Positions 36,842 through 48,075 of a stretch of DNA of 64,000 nucleotides are shown piece after piece; positions within the stretch are counted from its first letter, which is position 1, and each line of letters starts with the position of its first letter. The stretch covers positions 186,001 to 250,000 of the forward strand of contig NIVC01001551.1 in NCBI GenBank assembly GCA_002269645.1, read 5' to 3'. Origin of the DNA: Macrostomum lignano (taxonomy: Eukaryota). The position numbers were made by a program, and so were the translations under genes. The notes below the pieces were generated by a model. That model was not told the DNA's origin and made no database searches. It saw only the letters and a list, made by a program, of their open reading frames with translations.

Positions 36842-37635
36842 TGGTTTCAAATGGCAGTGTGTGGGTTTCTAATGGCGGTGTGTGGGTTTCTAATGGCGGT
36901 GTGTGGGTTTCTAGTGGCGGTGTGTGGGTTTCTAGTGGCGGTGTGTGGGTTTCTAGTGGCGGTGTGTGGGTTTCTTGTGGCAGTGTGTGGGTTTCTAATG
37001 GCAGTGTGTGGGTTTCTAGTGGCGGTGTGTGGGTTTCTTGTGGCAGTGTGTGGGTTTCTAATGGCAGTGTGTGGGTTTCTTGTGGCAGTGTGTGGGTTTC
37101 TAATGGCAGTGTGTGGGTTTCAAATGGCAGTGTGTGGGTTTCAAATGGCGGTGTGTGGGTTTCTAATGGCGGTGTGTGGGTTTCTAATGGCAGTGTGTGG
37201 GTTTCAAATGGCGGTGTGTGGGTTTCTAATGGCGGTGTGTGGGTTTCTAATGGCGGTGTGTGGGTTTCTAATGGCAGTGTGTGGGTTTCTAATGGCAGTG
37301 TGTGGGTTTCTAATGGCGGTGTGTGGGTTTCTAATGGCGGTGTGTGGGTTTCTAATGGCAGTGTGTGGGTTTCTAATGGCGGTGTGTGGGTTTATTGTGG
37401 CAGTGTGTGGATTTCTAATGGCAGTGTGTGGGTTACTAATGGCAGTGTGTGGGTTTCTTGTGGCGGTGTGTGGGTTTCAAATGGCAGTGTGTGGGTTTCA
37501 AATGGCGGTGTGTGGGTTTCTAATGGCAGTGTGTGGGTTTCTAATGGCAGTGTGTGGGTTTCTAATGGCAGTGTGTGGGTTTCTAATGGCAGTGTGTGGG
37601 TTTCTAATGGCACTGTGTGTGGGTTTCTAATGGCA
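36842..37635. repeat. 21-bp minisatellite (GGTTTCTAATGGCAGTGTGTG)n
   Basis: About 37 units. Confidence 0.95.
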
Positions 37636-38162
37636 TAGTTAGGGTTTATAATGGTTTTGTTTGGGTTTCTATTGGCATTGTGTGGGTTTCTAATGGTGGT
37701 TTGTATGTTTCTAATGGTTTGTGGGTTTCTAATTGCAGTGTGTGTGGGTTCTATTATACAATGTGTTGGTTATATATTACAGTGTGTGGGTTCTATATTA
37801 CAGTGTACTTAGGCTTTCAAGATTTAAACAACCTTTTGCCGAATTAAATCTTACTTTGTTACTAGCAGTAGTGCTTAAAAAGTATCTTTGGTATCATAAA
37901 AAACATGATTTAAAATGCCAAAATAAAAAAATTAATTCCATATGGAATTCGACAAAAATCCAGTTCAAATTTTTAGTGTCAGGTGGTTAATGATCTCTTT
38001 AACTTTTTTTTCACACAGGGACACAAATTTTTGTTATACTTGCAAGTCGATTATAAAAAAATTTATTTGAAAAAATCGTGACGAATTCGGTAACAGACGT
38101 AGCGGAGGAACTTTGTTTTACTTAGGTGGAGACGAGTTTTTTCCGGTGTTTTCAAATCGCAT

Positions 38163-38170
38163 CTATATAA
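38163..38170 (+). promoter_or_regulatory. TATA box candidate for secreted protein A
   Basis: CTATATAA about 85 nt upstream of the ATG at 38252. Confidence 0.5.
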
Positions 38171-38251
38171 GTCTGACTGGAAAGTCTCTCAGACTTAGTT
38201 GACACTGTTTGACTTTCTGCCAAATTTTAAGCCTTTGTTTTTTATCTGAAT

Positions 38252-38935
38252 ATGGCTTCTCCAACCCGATCTCTTCTACTGCAGTGTCTGCTGCTTGTCT
38301 GTCTGCTCAGCTTTGCCACCTCAGCTGCTTTGGACGCTTTGCCTGCTCAAAACGGGGCGCCGAAAGCGACTGAGGAAACTACCGCTTTGCCGGAGGAAAC
38401 TACCGCTTTGCCGGAGGAAACTACCGCTTCGCCGGAGGAAACTACCGCTTCGCCGGAGGAAACTACCGCTTCGCCGGAGGAAACTACCGCTTCGACAGAG
38501 GAAACTACCGCTTCGCCGGAGGAAACTACCGCTTCGACAGAGGAAACTACCGCTTCGCCGGAGGAAACTACCGCTTCGCCGGAGGAAACTACCGCTTCGC
38601 CGGAGGAAACTACCGCTTCACCAGAGGAAACTACCGCTTTGCCGGAGGAAACTACCGCTTCACCGGAGGAAACTACCGCTTCGCCGGAGGAAACTACCGC
38701 TTCGCCAGAGGAAACTACCACTCCGCCACCGGAAACTACCACCGAGCAAAACAAACCGAACCGACATAAATGGCATGGAAAAGAGCCCAGGCGCGTCGGC
38801 TGGCGCCATCATCATGGCCCGCCGCCTGCCAAGGGAAGGAAGGAGCCTCCGCACCATTCGCGAGAGGAGCGTTATGACCGCAGTGACCGCTTTGACCGCT
38901 TTCATCGCAATGAGCTTTTCTCATTCGAAACATAA
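38252..38935 (+). CDS. Secreted protein A, 227 aa: signal peptide, about 17 x EETTASP (mucin-like), basic His/Arg-rich tail
   Basis: ATG start; hydrophobic LLLQCLLLVCLLSFATSA signal; in-frame 21-bp repeat; unique tail RHKWHGKEPRRVGWRHHH...RYDRSDRFDRFHR. Confidence 0.8.
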   Translation: MASPTRSLLLQCLLLVCLLSFATSAALDALPAQNGAPKATEETTALPEETTALPEETTASPEETTASPEETTASPEETTASTEETTASPEETTASTEETTASPEETTASPEETTASPEETTASPEETTALPEETTASPEETTASPEETTASPEETTTPPPETTTEQNKPNRHKWHGKEPRRVGWRHHHGPPPAKGRKEPPHHSREERYDRSDRFDRFHRNELFSFET

Positions 38936-39276
38936 GAAGCAGCAATTCTTCCAAGGAGGTCCATCCGAGAGACAAAATGCAGAGATGCAGTTCAAAGGTG
39001 TTCACTGCTCAGTGACTATATAGATATCGATCAGCTATTATTTTGGTGTTGGGATCATTATTGCTAAATAAAATTTGCCTACGTGTGTCCAGTCTGAGGC
39101 TTGGGAGTTTGAGAGATATTGAGTTAAATGTAGATTCATTTATTCCTATAGAATTTCTTTCTTTCGTCTTTTCTTCGTTAATAAAGGAAACGACAGAAGT
39201 AGATATCTCAGGTGTAGAGTAGATAGCTCAGGTGTAAAGTAAATAGCTCAGGTGTGTGTAGAGTAGATTATAGTAG

Positions 39277-40341
39277 ATTACACCACAGAGAACTACACCA
39301 CAGAGGACTACACCACAGAGGACTACACCACATGAAACTACACCACATGAAACTACACCACATGAAACTACACCACATGATACTACACCACATGATACTA
39401 CACCACATGAAACTACACCACATGAAACTACACCACATGAAACTACACCACATGAAACTACACCACATGAAACTACACCACATGAAACTACACCACATGA
39501 AACTACACCACATGAAACTACACCACATGAAACTACACCACATGAAACTACACCACATGAAACTACACCACATGAAACTACACCACATGAAACTACACCA
39601 CATGAAACTACACCACATGAAACTACACCACATGAAACTACACCACAGAGGACTAAACCACATGAAACTACACCACATGAAACTACACCACATGAAACTA
39701 CACCACATGATACTACACCACATGAAACTACACCACATGAAACTACACCACATGATACTACACCACATGAAACTACACCACATGATACTAGACCACATGA
39801 AACTACACCACATGAAACTACACCACATGAAACTACACCACATGAAACTACACCACAGAGGACTAAACCACATGAAACTACACCACATGAAACTACACCA
39901 CATGAAACTACACCACATGAAACTACACCACATGAAACTACACCACATGAAACTACACCACAGAGGACTAAACCACATGAAACTACACCACAGAGGACTA
40001 AACCACATGAAACTACACCACATGAAACTACACCACATGAAACTACACCACATGAAACTACACCACATGAAACTACACCACATGAAACTACACCACATGA
40101 AACTACACCACATGAAACTACACCACAGAGGACTACACCACAGAGGACTACGCCTTCAGTTCGTCATTTCGTCGATCGGCATCGCCACCGACGCTGTCGC
40201 CGTCGCCGTGGCAAGCAATGTCGCAAGCATCTGTTTCATGAACTCAGCCTCGGCAAAGGCCGCTATGGTTACGGAGGCGGCCGCAAGCGGTTTGAGAAAT
40301 CGGACGAAACTATCGAACACGATTGGGATGAAGGAGTTTAA
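39277..40341 (+). CDS. ORF/exon B (not in the ORF track, no ATG), 354 codons: about 58 x [10 protein letters not shown], then an Arg/His-rich tail
   Basis: Stop-free from ATT ACA CCA (39277) to TAA (40339-40341); tail [60 protein letters not shown]; preceded by TAG (possible acceptor); same architecture as protein A. Confidence 0.6.
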   Translation: MTPQRTTPQRTTPQRTTPHETTPHETTPHETTPHDTTPHDTTPHETTPHETTPHETTPHETTPHETTPHETTPHETTPHETTPHETTPHETTPHETTPHETTPHETTPHETTPHETTPHETTPQRTKPHETTPHETTPHETTPHDTTPHETTPHETTPHDTTPHETTPHDTRPHETTPHETTPHETTPHETTPQRTKPHETTPHETTPHETTPHETTPHETTPHETTPQRTKPHETTPQRTKPHETTPHETTPHETTPHETTPHETTPHETTPHETTPHETTPQRTTPQRTTPSVRHFVDRHRHRRCRRRRGKQCRKHLFHELSLGKGRYGYGGGRKRFEKSDETIEHDWDEGV

Positions 40342-41336
40342 ATGCTAACTCGATTTGACAGATTGAGGATGGTTTTGCTTCGCTCGAATCGCTTCGCTTC
40401 GCTGCACCAGCTTAGTGACAAAGTGACCAGACATGAACGCGACCCCGTGTTACATTGTTAGTGGACGTTGTTTCATTTTTAAGGCTGCAAGAGACCGGAA
40501 GTCTGGTGCACAGATACTAGAATAACTATAGATGGGGCCACTCAACACATTTGCGCCCAACCTACTTTTAGTTCAGTATTCTCGTAGTACGAGCTAAGTT
40601 AAACTGAAGTATTTAATGTACTTTTAAAGACAAGGCTCATTTATTGGCTTTTAACCCCCCCCCCCGCCCCAGCTTAAACCCTCAAACAGAACCTCTACCC
40701 CTGCCCCGCCACCCAATTTTTATTGCCTTCCCTGATTGTTCCAGCCTAAAGCTGCCATGTACATTTCAGTGGACTGGCTAATGTACATTATTGCTGAACC
40801 AATTAGCAAGCTGTTTACGCCTGCAAGCTTGGGCTTCTAAACTTATCAAAGTCATTTCAGCCGCTTTTATTTTTCAAAATGCCATCTGTATTCTTCATTG
40901 CTACTGTACTGAAAGTAGAAAGCCGTTTTGCTAAGTATACATGCCTGAGTGGCCTACCCCCTTATCAAATCCGAGGCGAAAAAATCGATTAGCATTTTAA
41001 TTTCGGTAAATGTGCATTCAATTCAAACAAAACTTTTCGTAAACTGAATTATGGAGCCAGATGCAGGGAGACATTACAGAGAAATCAAAGGTATCCAGTG
41101 TGCCAATGAAGAAATGAAATGTTTTTGCAGGCTTAATTTAATTCATAGTTTTTGAAGCAACGAACCAAAAAATCAATAAAACTTCGAAACCTTCTTACTA
41201 GCAAAATCTAATATATTAGACACAGTAGAACTCATAACTGATTTTGCATAGAAAAATAAAGGGTTCAACGCAAAGTTACACCAAGATCGATTATGTCAAT
41301 GTAAAAGGCATTGATGCATTCTAAAGACACCAAGTG

Positions 41337-42428
41337 TTAGTCATGTCGGTGACGAGGGCTGTAATCAGGACGCCGGTAATGTTGACGGCGTGATCTGTAA
41401 TCAGGGCTTCGTTCGTGATGTCGGTGACGAGATCTGTAATCAGGGCTTCGTTCGTGATGTCGGTGCCGATATCTGTAATCAGGGCTTCGTTCGTGATGTC
41501 GGTGACCAGATCTGTAATCAGGGCTTCGTTCGTGATGTCGGTGACCAGATCTGTACTCAGGGCTTCGTTCGTGATGTCGGTGACCAGATCTGTACTCAGG
41601 GCGTTGGTAATGTCGTCGACGTGATCTGTACTCAGGGCGTTGGTAATGTCGTCGACGTGATCTGTACTCAGGGCGTTGGTAATGTCGGCGACGAGATCTG
41701 TACTCAGGGCGTTGGTAATGTCGGCGACGAGATCTGTGGTCAGTATGACGGAATTCGACCTGAGGTATTTTATCACTTTTATTGTTTTTATTCGTATGAT
41801 CCATGTCGTATGTCTTTGTTTGAGCTAATTGCTTAGCTATGACTTCAGAAGGTCGAATAATGGTCTTTTCTGGTGGCCGTGCAGCAGCAGCTGGTGGAGC
41901 AGTGGCTTCGGCTGGTAGAGCAGGGGCTTTAGCTGGCAGAGCAGGGGCTTTAGCTGGCAGAGCAGGGGCTTTAGCTGGCAGAGCAGGGGCTTTAGCTGGC
42001 AGAGCAGGGGCTTTAGCTGGCAGAGCAGGGGCTTTAGCTGGCAGAGCAGGGGCCTTAGCTGGCAGAGCAGGGGCTTTAGCTGGCAGAGCAGGGGCCTCAG
42101 CTGGCAGAGCAGGGGCCTTAGCTGGCAGAGCAGGGGCTTTAGCTGGCAGAGCAGGGGCTTTAGCTGGCAGAGCAGGGGCCTCAGCTGGGCGATGCACATT
42201 CTTGTTGGCTGAAGCTGCTGAAATCACAGTGCGATTATTTACAAGCACGTGGAGCTGTTTAGCTGGTTTAACATGTTGTTGTAAACCATTTGCTGCGTTG
42301 CGGATGTCAGAACCATCACCAGCTAAGCCGGAGATCCTACTTAACGGAGCCGAGTTGACACAGCTGGCAATGCACAGGATGATAAGAAAAACACACAGGT
42401 GAGGTCTCTGCAGGACAGTCTGCGCCAT
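41337..42428 (-). CDS. Secreted protein C, 363 aa: signal peptide, about 13 x PAKAPAL, about 10 x RSRRRHYQRPEY / RSGHRHHERSPDY
   Basis: ATG start; LCVFLIILCIASCVNSA signal; two in-frame repeat blocks (21-bp and 36/39-bp) separated by unique sequence. Confidence 0.8.
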   Translation of the reverse strand: MAQTVLQRPHLCVFLIILCIASCVNSAPLSRISGLAGDGSDIRNAANGLQQHVKPAKQLHVLVNNRTVISAASANKNVHRPAEAPALPAKAPALPAKAPALPAKAPALPAEAPALPAKAPALPAKAPALPAKAPALPAKAPALPAKAPALPAKAPALPAKAPALPAKAPALPAEATAPPAAAARPPEKTIIRPSEVIAKQLAQTKTYDMDHTNKNNKSDKIPQVEFRHTDHRSRRRHYQRPEYRSRRRHYQRPEYRSRRRHYQRPEYRSRRRHYQRPEYRSGHRHHERSPEYRSGHRHHERSPDYRSGHRHHERSPDYRYRHRHHERSPDYRSRHRHHERSPDYRSRRQHYRRPDYSPRHRHD

Positions 42429-42896
42429 GCTGTTTTGGTTTCAACTTTTTTGTGTCGGAAAGAAGTTGTTTTTAGCGCACTTGTGAGCTGTGTTTTAAAA
42501 CCTGTTTTTGTCTTGCCAAAATGGTTCAACGAAAGCTTTTAATTCGTGTCCCGATGGCACACAATGTCACGCAAACTAGCCATAAAATTTATTGTAGCTT
42601 GAGTCTGAAATTCGCATAACCAGCTGTGAATTCATTTCTCATTGCTTTCCCTTTCAACAAAGTTTTTTGAAACTTTTCTCTGTTTGTTTCACCTCTGCAA
42701 AGCTATGATTACTGCACTTGCGTCACGTTCAGATTCCGGAGGTCGTTGCAAAAATCACCTGTTCGGCAATGAAAAATCCAAAGCAAAATCTTAACCTAAA
42801 AATAAAAACCTGACGAATTCCAGCCGGCTCAGCATTGTCAAAGTTTTAATTGCAAGAGAGCTTTGTCAGCATTTGAAACTGTTTAACATCGAAAAG

Positions 42897-43889
42897 ATGA
42901 GATTTTTAAAGACAATTTCGTCCGTTTTACTGCTGAGTGTCGCAGCAGCAGCAGCTGCTGCTGTTGCAATCGACAGTGCATTTGACGATATCAGCAGCCA
43001 GTGGACGGCTGACTCAGGATCGGCATCAAGGTGGGACGAAGACTTCGAGAAAGAATTCAGCAATCGTTTTGGAATCTCTCGACCGAGGCGCTCGGACTCA
43101 GTGGAAAAGAGCGACGAGTTTAGGGTTGGAAAAGGGGCAGAGAAAAGGCCCGGCTTTAAAAATTGGAAGTTTGATGGCGAGACATCACGAAAGCGACGTC
43201 GCGAACACGGCAGACGCGAAGAAGAACGTCGCGAACACGGCAGACGCGGAGAGGGACGTCGCGAACACGGCAGACGCGGAGAGGGACGTCGCGAACACGG
43301 CAGACGCGGAAAAGGACATCGCCAACACGACAGACGTGGAAAAGAACGTCGCGAACACGGCAGACGCAGAAAAGGACGTCGCGAACATGACAGACGTGGA
43401 AAGGGACGTCGCGAACGCAGCAGACGAGGAGAGGGACGTCGCGAACATGACAGACGTGGAAAGGGACGTCGCGAACGCAGCAGACGAGGAGAGGGACGTC
43501 GCGAACATGACAGACGTGGAAAGGGACGTCGCGAACACGGAAGACGCGGAGAGGGACGTCGCGAACATGACAGACGCGAAGAGGAACGTCGCGAACACGG
43601 AAGACGCGGAAAGGGACGTCGCGAACACGGCAGACGCGGAGAGGGACGTCGCGAACGCGGCAGACGTGGAAAGGGACGTCGCGAACGCGGCAGACGCAGA
43701 AAAGGACGTCGCGAACACGGCAGACGTGGCGAGGGACGTCGCGAACTCGAAAGACGTGGAAAGGGACGTCGCGGACATGAAGACCGATATAGACACTACA
43801 GGCATGGAAACAGACATAATAAGCAGGGTCGATTTAAACCGGGCAAGAGACGCAATGGGCACAGAGAGGATTCAAGAACTCGCGAGTGA
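42897..43889 (+). CDS. Secreted protein D, 330 aa: signal peptide, acidic propiece, about 19 x RREHGRRGEG/RRGKG
   Basis: ATG at 42897; [24 protein letters not shown] signal; in-frame 30-bp repeat; unique basic tail. Confidence 0.8.
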   Translation: MRFLKTISSVLLLSVAAAAAAAVAIDSAFDDISSQWTADSGSASRWDEDFEKEFSNRFGISRPRRSDSVEKSDEFRVGKGAEKRPGFKNWKFDGETSRKRRREHGRREEERREHGRRGEGRREHGRRGEGRREHGRRGKGHRQHDRRGKERREHGRRRKGRREHDRRGKGRRERSRRGEGRREHDRRGKGRRERSRRGEGRREHDRRGKGRREHGRRGEGRREHDRREEERREHGRRGKGRREHGRRGEGRRERGRRGKGRRERGRRRKGRREHGRRGEGRRELERRGKGRRGHEDRYRHYRHGNRHNKQGRFKPGKRRNGHREDSRTRE

Positions 43890-44222
43890 ATGAATCTTGC
43901 GAAGGGCTCCGAAGTCAGTGACTTCTACAGGCCCACAATAGAGTTGAGTTTATGACACAATGATTTCGCAGGTGAAAGGGTGAACTTTTAAATTTAGCTA
44001 ATGTTTTATCAAATAATAAACGGAATGTTGACAAATCGATTTTAAATCTTTGATTCATCATCAGAACGATTATAAGAGCTATATACTCGTGTATATTAAC
44101 ACTAGCACGGTTACCAAAGCAATAAGAGACAAATGAGAATGAACGATCAAAAGCGGATCACAGACAAGCATTAATTGTATTGGAGCAGCCAGTTCAATTC
44201 GAGTGCCAGTTAAAAGCTCGGA

Positions 44223-44706
44223 TCACAAAACGCCCAGGTGCGCCCGCACCTGCTTGGCCAACTCCAGCAGGCCCGGGAAGATCGGCAAGTCTGGCCGGAC
44301 CGCCGCTCGAATCCGGTGCTCGCTGATGAAGAAGCGAAAATCTTCCCGATGCTGCCTGATGAGATGCTCGCGCGCCTGGTTGCAGTAAGTCAGAACGCTG
44401 TTGATGGTGAACAGCAGGTAGTAGGCCTGCACCACCTCCAGCGGTCTCAGGAGGCCCCTCGTCTCTGAACCCGCGGCGCCGTCGTTGTCGTCGTCCTCAG
44501 TGGACTCCGCAGCGCCGTTGGCAGAATTCTCAGCTGGCTGGGCCTTGTCGAACAGGTGGCTCAGCAGGCGCACCGACTCCGTGAGCATGATGAGCAGGCC
44601 GTCGGCTTCGGACGCCAGCAGCTCCACCACTTGGTTTTCGCTGACTATGGAGCCGTCCGACCTGCCAATGAGCGGAAGGCCGCCGCCACCGCCTGCGCTG
44701 CTGCCC
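44223..44706 (-). CDS. C12orf56: C12orf56/DUF4551-like, exon 5 of 5
   Basis: aacttccag|G GGC (phase 2); YYLLFTINSVLTYCNQAREHLIRQHREDFRFFI...PIFPGLLELAKQV resembles the C12orf56 C-terminus (YIRNNYREEFRYFI, recalled from memory). Confidence 0.8.
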
Positions 44707-44899
44707 CTGGAAGTTGATGCAGTTTGAAGATTCTTTATAAGCTACCACTCTGTACTTTGATTTGCTGTATAAGAAAAGTTCTAAACAGATACAATTAGTA
44801 AAATCATTGCAGAATGTACTCGGCGTATAGCGGACAGAGACAGGGTGCTGAGTATAGAAATAGATAGTAGGAATAGAGCTAACTGCACGTCTAGGATAG

Positions 44900-45108
<209 letters not shown>

Positions 45109-45821
45109 ACAGACTGACTGAGGCGGACACGAGTGACAATGGAGTAGATTACACTATTCATGCCGCCTCTTGATTTCTCACGTGTTATTCATAACCACAA
45201 AGCTCCCAGACGCCCTCAGCCTACATGGAAAATACCCAGTTTTTGCAAGGACAAACAGCTTGCATAATGCAACTCAAGTCGTTCAAAAAAGGCACGGCTT
45301 GCCTTTTTTGAACGACTTGAAAAAAACTCGGTCGGTAAAGAAAAAGAAAAAAAACTAAAGACCGCCTCTTCGGTCGGTAAAGAAAAAAACTCGGTCGGTG
45401 TGCCTGCATGTATTGAAGGCAAAACGAGTCAAACAATGAAGAATGGGAGACACTTGCAATGCCTGCACCGCGTGAGCTGTGCCAAGTGGTTTAGCATGTC
45501 TATTTGATTAAACAATAAAAACTGTTGACTCAAAACTGAGCTAAATTAATAACTGTCCTTTTCAAACGCTTTTAATCTCATGTGCTGGGCTCTCGAACAG
45601 CTCAAATATGCAGCTTCTCAAGCCCAGGCCGCATGCGAGCAGGGCGCAGCCTCACCGGAAATACCAATCAAGGCTCTGAGCTGACGGGCCAAATGGGATA
45701 GAAAGGTTGGTGCTGTCGACAAAATCTCTGCACGGACACCTGCCTGTCAATCTCCAAACAGCTAAGATTGTGCAGAGACGGCCGGGCATTTCGGTTTGCA
45801 GAGCTGGGCCAGAAAGATGGG

Positions 45822-45835
45822 CAGACAGACAGACA

Positions 45836-45881
<46 letters not shown>

Positions 45882-45885
45882 CACG

Positions 45886-45929
<44 letters not shown>

Positions 45930-45945
45930 CACGCAGGCAGGCACG

Positions 45946-45977
<32 letters not shown>

Positions 45978-45981
45978 CACG

Positions 45982-46025
<44 letters not shown>

Positions 46026-46029
46026 CACG

Positions 46030-46069
<40 letters not shown>

Positions 46070-46161
46070 CACGCAGGCAGGCAGGCAGGCAGGCAGGCAG
46101 GCACGCAGGCAGGCAGGCAGGCAGGCAGGCACGCAGGCAGGCAGGCAGGCAGGCAGGCACG

Positions 46162-46221
<60 letters not shown>

Positions 46222-46333
46222 CACGCAGGCAGGCAGGCAGGCAGGCAGGCACGCAGGCAGGCAGGCAGGCAGGCAGGCAGGCACGCAGGCAGGCAGGCAG
46301 GCAGGCAGGCACGCAGGCAGGCAGGCAGGCACG

Positions 46334-46362
<29 letters not shown>
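45822..46362. repeat. (GGCA)n microsatellite with GCAC variants
   Basis: Direct reading. Confidence 0.98.
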
Positions 46363-46364
<2 letters not shown>

Positions 46365-47358
46365 ACAGAAGACTAAACAGACTGACTGGCAATGAAGTGT
46401 GACTCATACACATCGATAGTCTATTTGATTTAATTGACAGCGCAAATCTCTAAGGACTCAATTAGCAGTCGGAGTGGCTCCGGTGATGACAACTTAAGTC
46501 ACATTGCAAAATCATCTTGAAGGCAAAGAGTTTCACACAAAAAAATCAATAAACTTCGATCAATTCAAAGTGCTCAATGATGAGTACCGTAAAAAAGAGA
46601 AGCGTTCTAAACTTGTGACGAATTTGACAGGTTGAGCAATTAGATCTAGACTTCTCTGCTTTCTTACCAAGCACCGATGCCAGTTCTGTCGAGTGGAAAA
46701 TGACACAAAATAATCAATATAGTTTTAAACGCTTTTTATAGGATTTTCTCTGTAAAACTTCCATCTGTTGTGCTAAAAATGAGCATTATTCAAATACACT
46801 GCTATGGTTTAAATAAAAACTATCTAAAATTAATTATACATAAATGAATTGCACAATGTTAATCAAGACTTCATCGTGTGCTGATTGTGGTAATGTATTT
46901 GCAGACTTCAATGCCTCTTCGGCTACAATTTCAGCATTTTCAATCGATGTCAATTTAAATGATTCCAATTTTAATAACCTCACCTGATGGCGAATTCTCT
47001 GAAATTAATTTTGAGCCGAGTTGTGCCTTCAAGCTACTTACAGTAGAAATATAAGCAAATAAATAGTATATAATAGATGGAAATGTTATTTATGAAGCTT
47101 TGGTGTTTATCATTAACCCTACAGAAACTGTGGACAACAGGAATAAAGCGCATAGTGCACAATGGGGTTTTCGCCATAGACATATTTGGTCGAGAAAATC
47201 CTGATTTCTTGAGAGGTAGAAATTCCCGAAACCTGTATTTCTTGGGCTCTGAGCTTCATAATCTGCATACTAACCGCTGCCAAATTTGCTTAACTGGCTA
47301 AAACATCATTTATCAGTCTATGATTAGGTATCTAGAAAGACCTTCCATTGGTACTGAC

Positions 47359-47597
47359 CTGAGATAGGTGATGATGTGGTGCAGCAGGGCCGCCCGCTCC
47401 ACGTGAAGCTGGCCGGTGATGCGGTGGTCCGGCCGGGTCTTGGCCGGGTCGAACACGAAATTTGGCACGCATGGCCGGATTTGCACAGCGCAGGCGCGCA
47501 GCATTCGCTGCATGAAATAGTGCTGCTGTGCGGCCGTGGCCTTGCGCCGCTCCACCAGGAACTCCGTGTCCTGCGGCCGGGTGAGTTGGGGGAGACG
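47359..47597 (-). CDS. C12orf56: C12orf56/DUF4551-like, exon 4 of 5
   Basis: ttctcaaaag|CGT; RLPQL...[16 protein letters not shown]|GTCAGT; phases 0/2 are consistent. Confidence 0.75.
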
Positions 47598-47607
47598 CTT
47601 TTGAGAA

Positions 47608-48075
47608 GTGAGGAGTGGGGTGGGTGTGAAGAGTGGGGTGGGTGTAGGGAGTGGGGTGGGTGTAGGGAGTGGGGTGGGTGTAGGGAGTGGGGTGGGTGTA
47701 GGGAGTGGGGTGGGTGTAGGGAGTGGGGTGGGTGTAGGGAGTGGGGTGGGTGTAGGGAGTGGGGTGGGTGTAGGGATAGAAATGGGTGTAAGGAGTGGGG
47801 TGGGTGTAGGGATAGAAATGGGTGTAGGGAGTGGGGTGGGTGTAGGGAGTGGGGTGGGTGTAGGGATAGAAATGGGTGTAGGGAGTGGGGTGGGTGTAGG
47901 GATAGAAATGGGTGTAAGGAGTGGGGTGGGTGTAGGGATAGAAATGGGTGTAGGGAGTGGGGTGGGTGTAGGGAGTGGGGTGGGTGTAGGGATAGAAATG
48001 GGTGTAGGGAGTGGGGTGGGTGTAGGGATAGAAATGGGTGTAGGGAGTGGGGTGGGTGTAGGGATAGAAATGGGT
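47608..48075. repeat. 18-bp G-rich minisatellite (GGGAGTGGGGTGGGTGTA / GGGATAGAAATGGGTGTA) in C12orf56-like intron 3
   Basis: Tandem units. Confidence 0.9.

Noticed and set aside
39254-40348. 364-aa (HHMKL)n ORF and antisense (WCSFM)n ORF
   Set aside because: Alternative frames of the 15-bp repeat. The TTPHE frame joins a coherent tail and matches the neighbouring gene architecture.
42800-42840. Second hammerhead candidate (ATAAAAACCTGACGA)
   Set aside because: No stem II, no GAAA and no complementary stem I.
42937-43893. Overlapping acidic (DVANTADAER)n ORF; likewise 41321-41776 (DITNALS), 38295-39023 (RRKLPL) and the antisense ORFs
   Set aside because: Stop-free shadows of 3n repeats; no ATG plus signal peptide. 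A dual-coding role is unsupported without proteomics.
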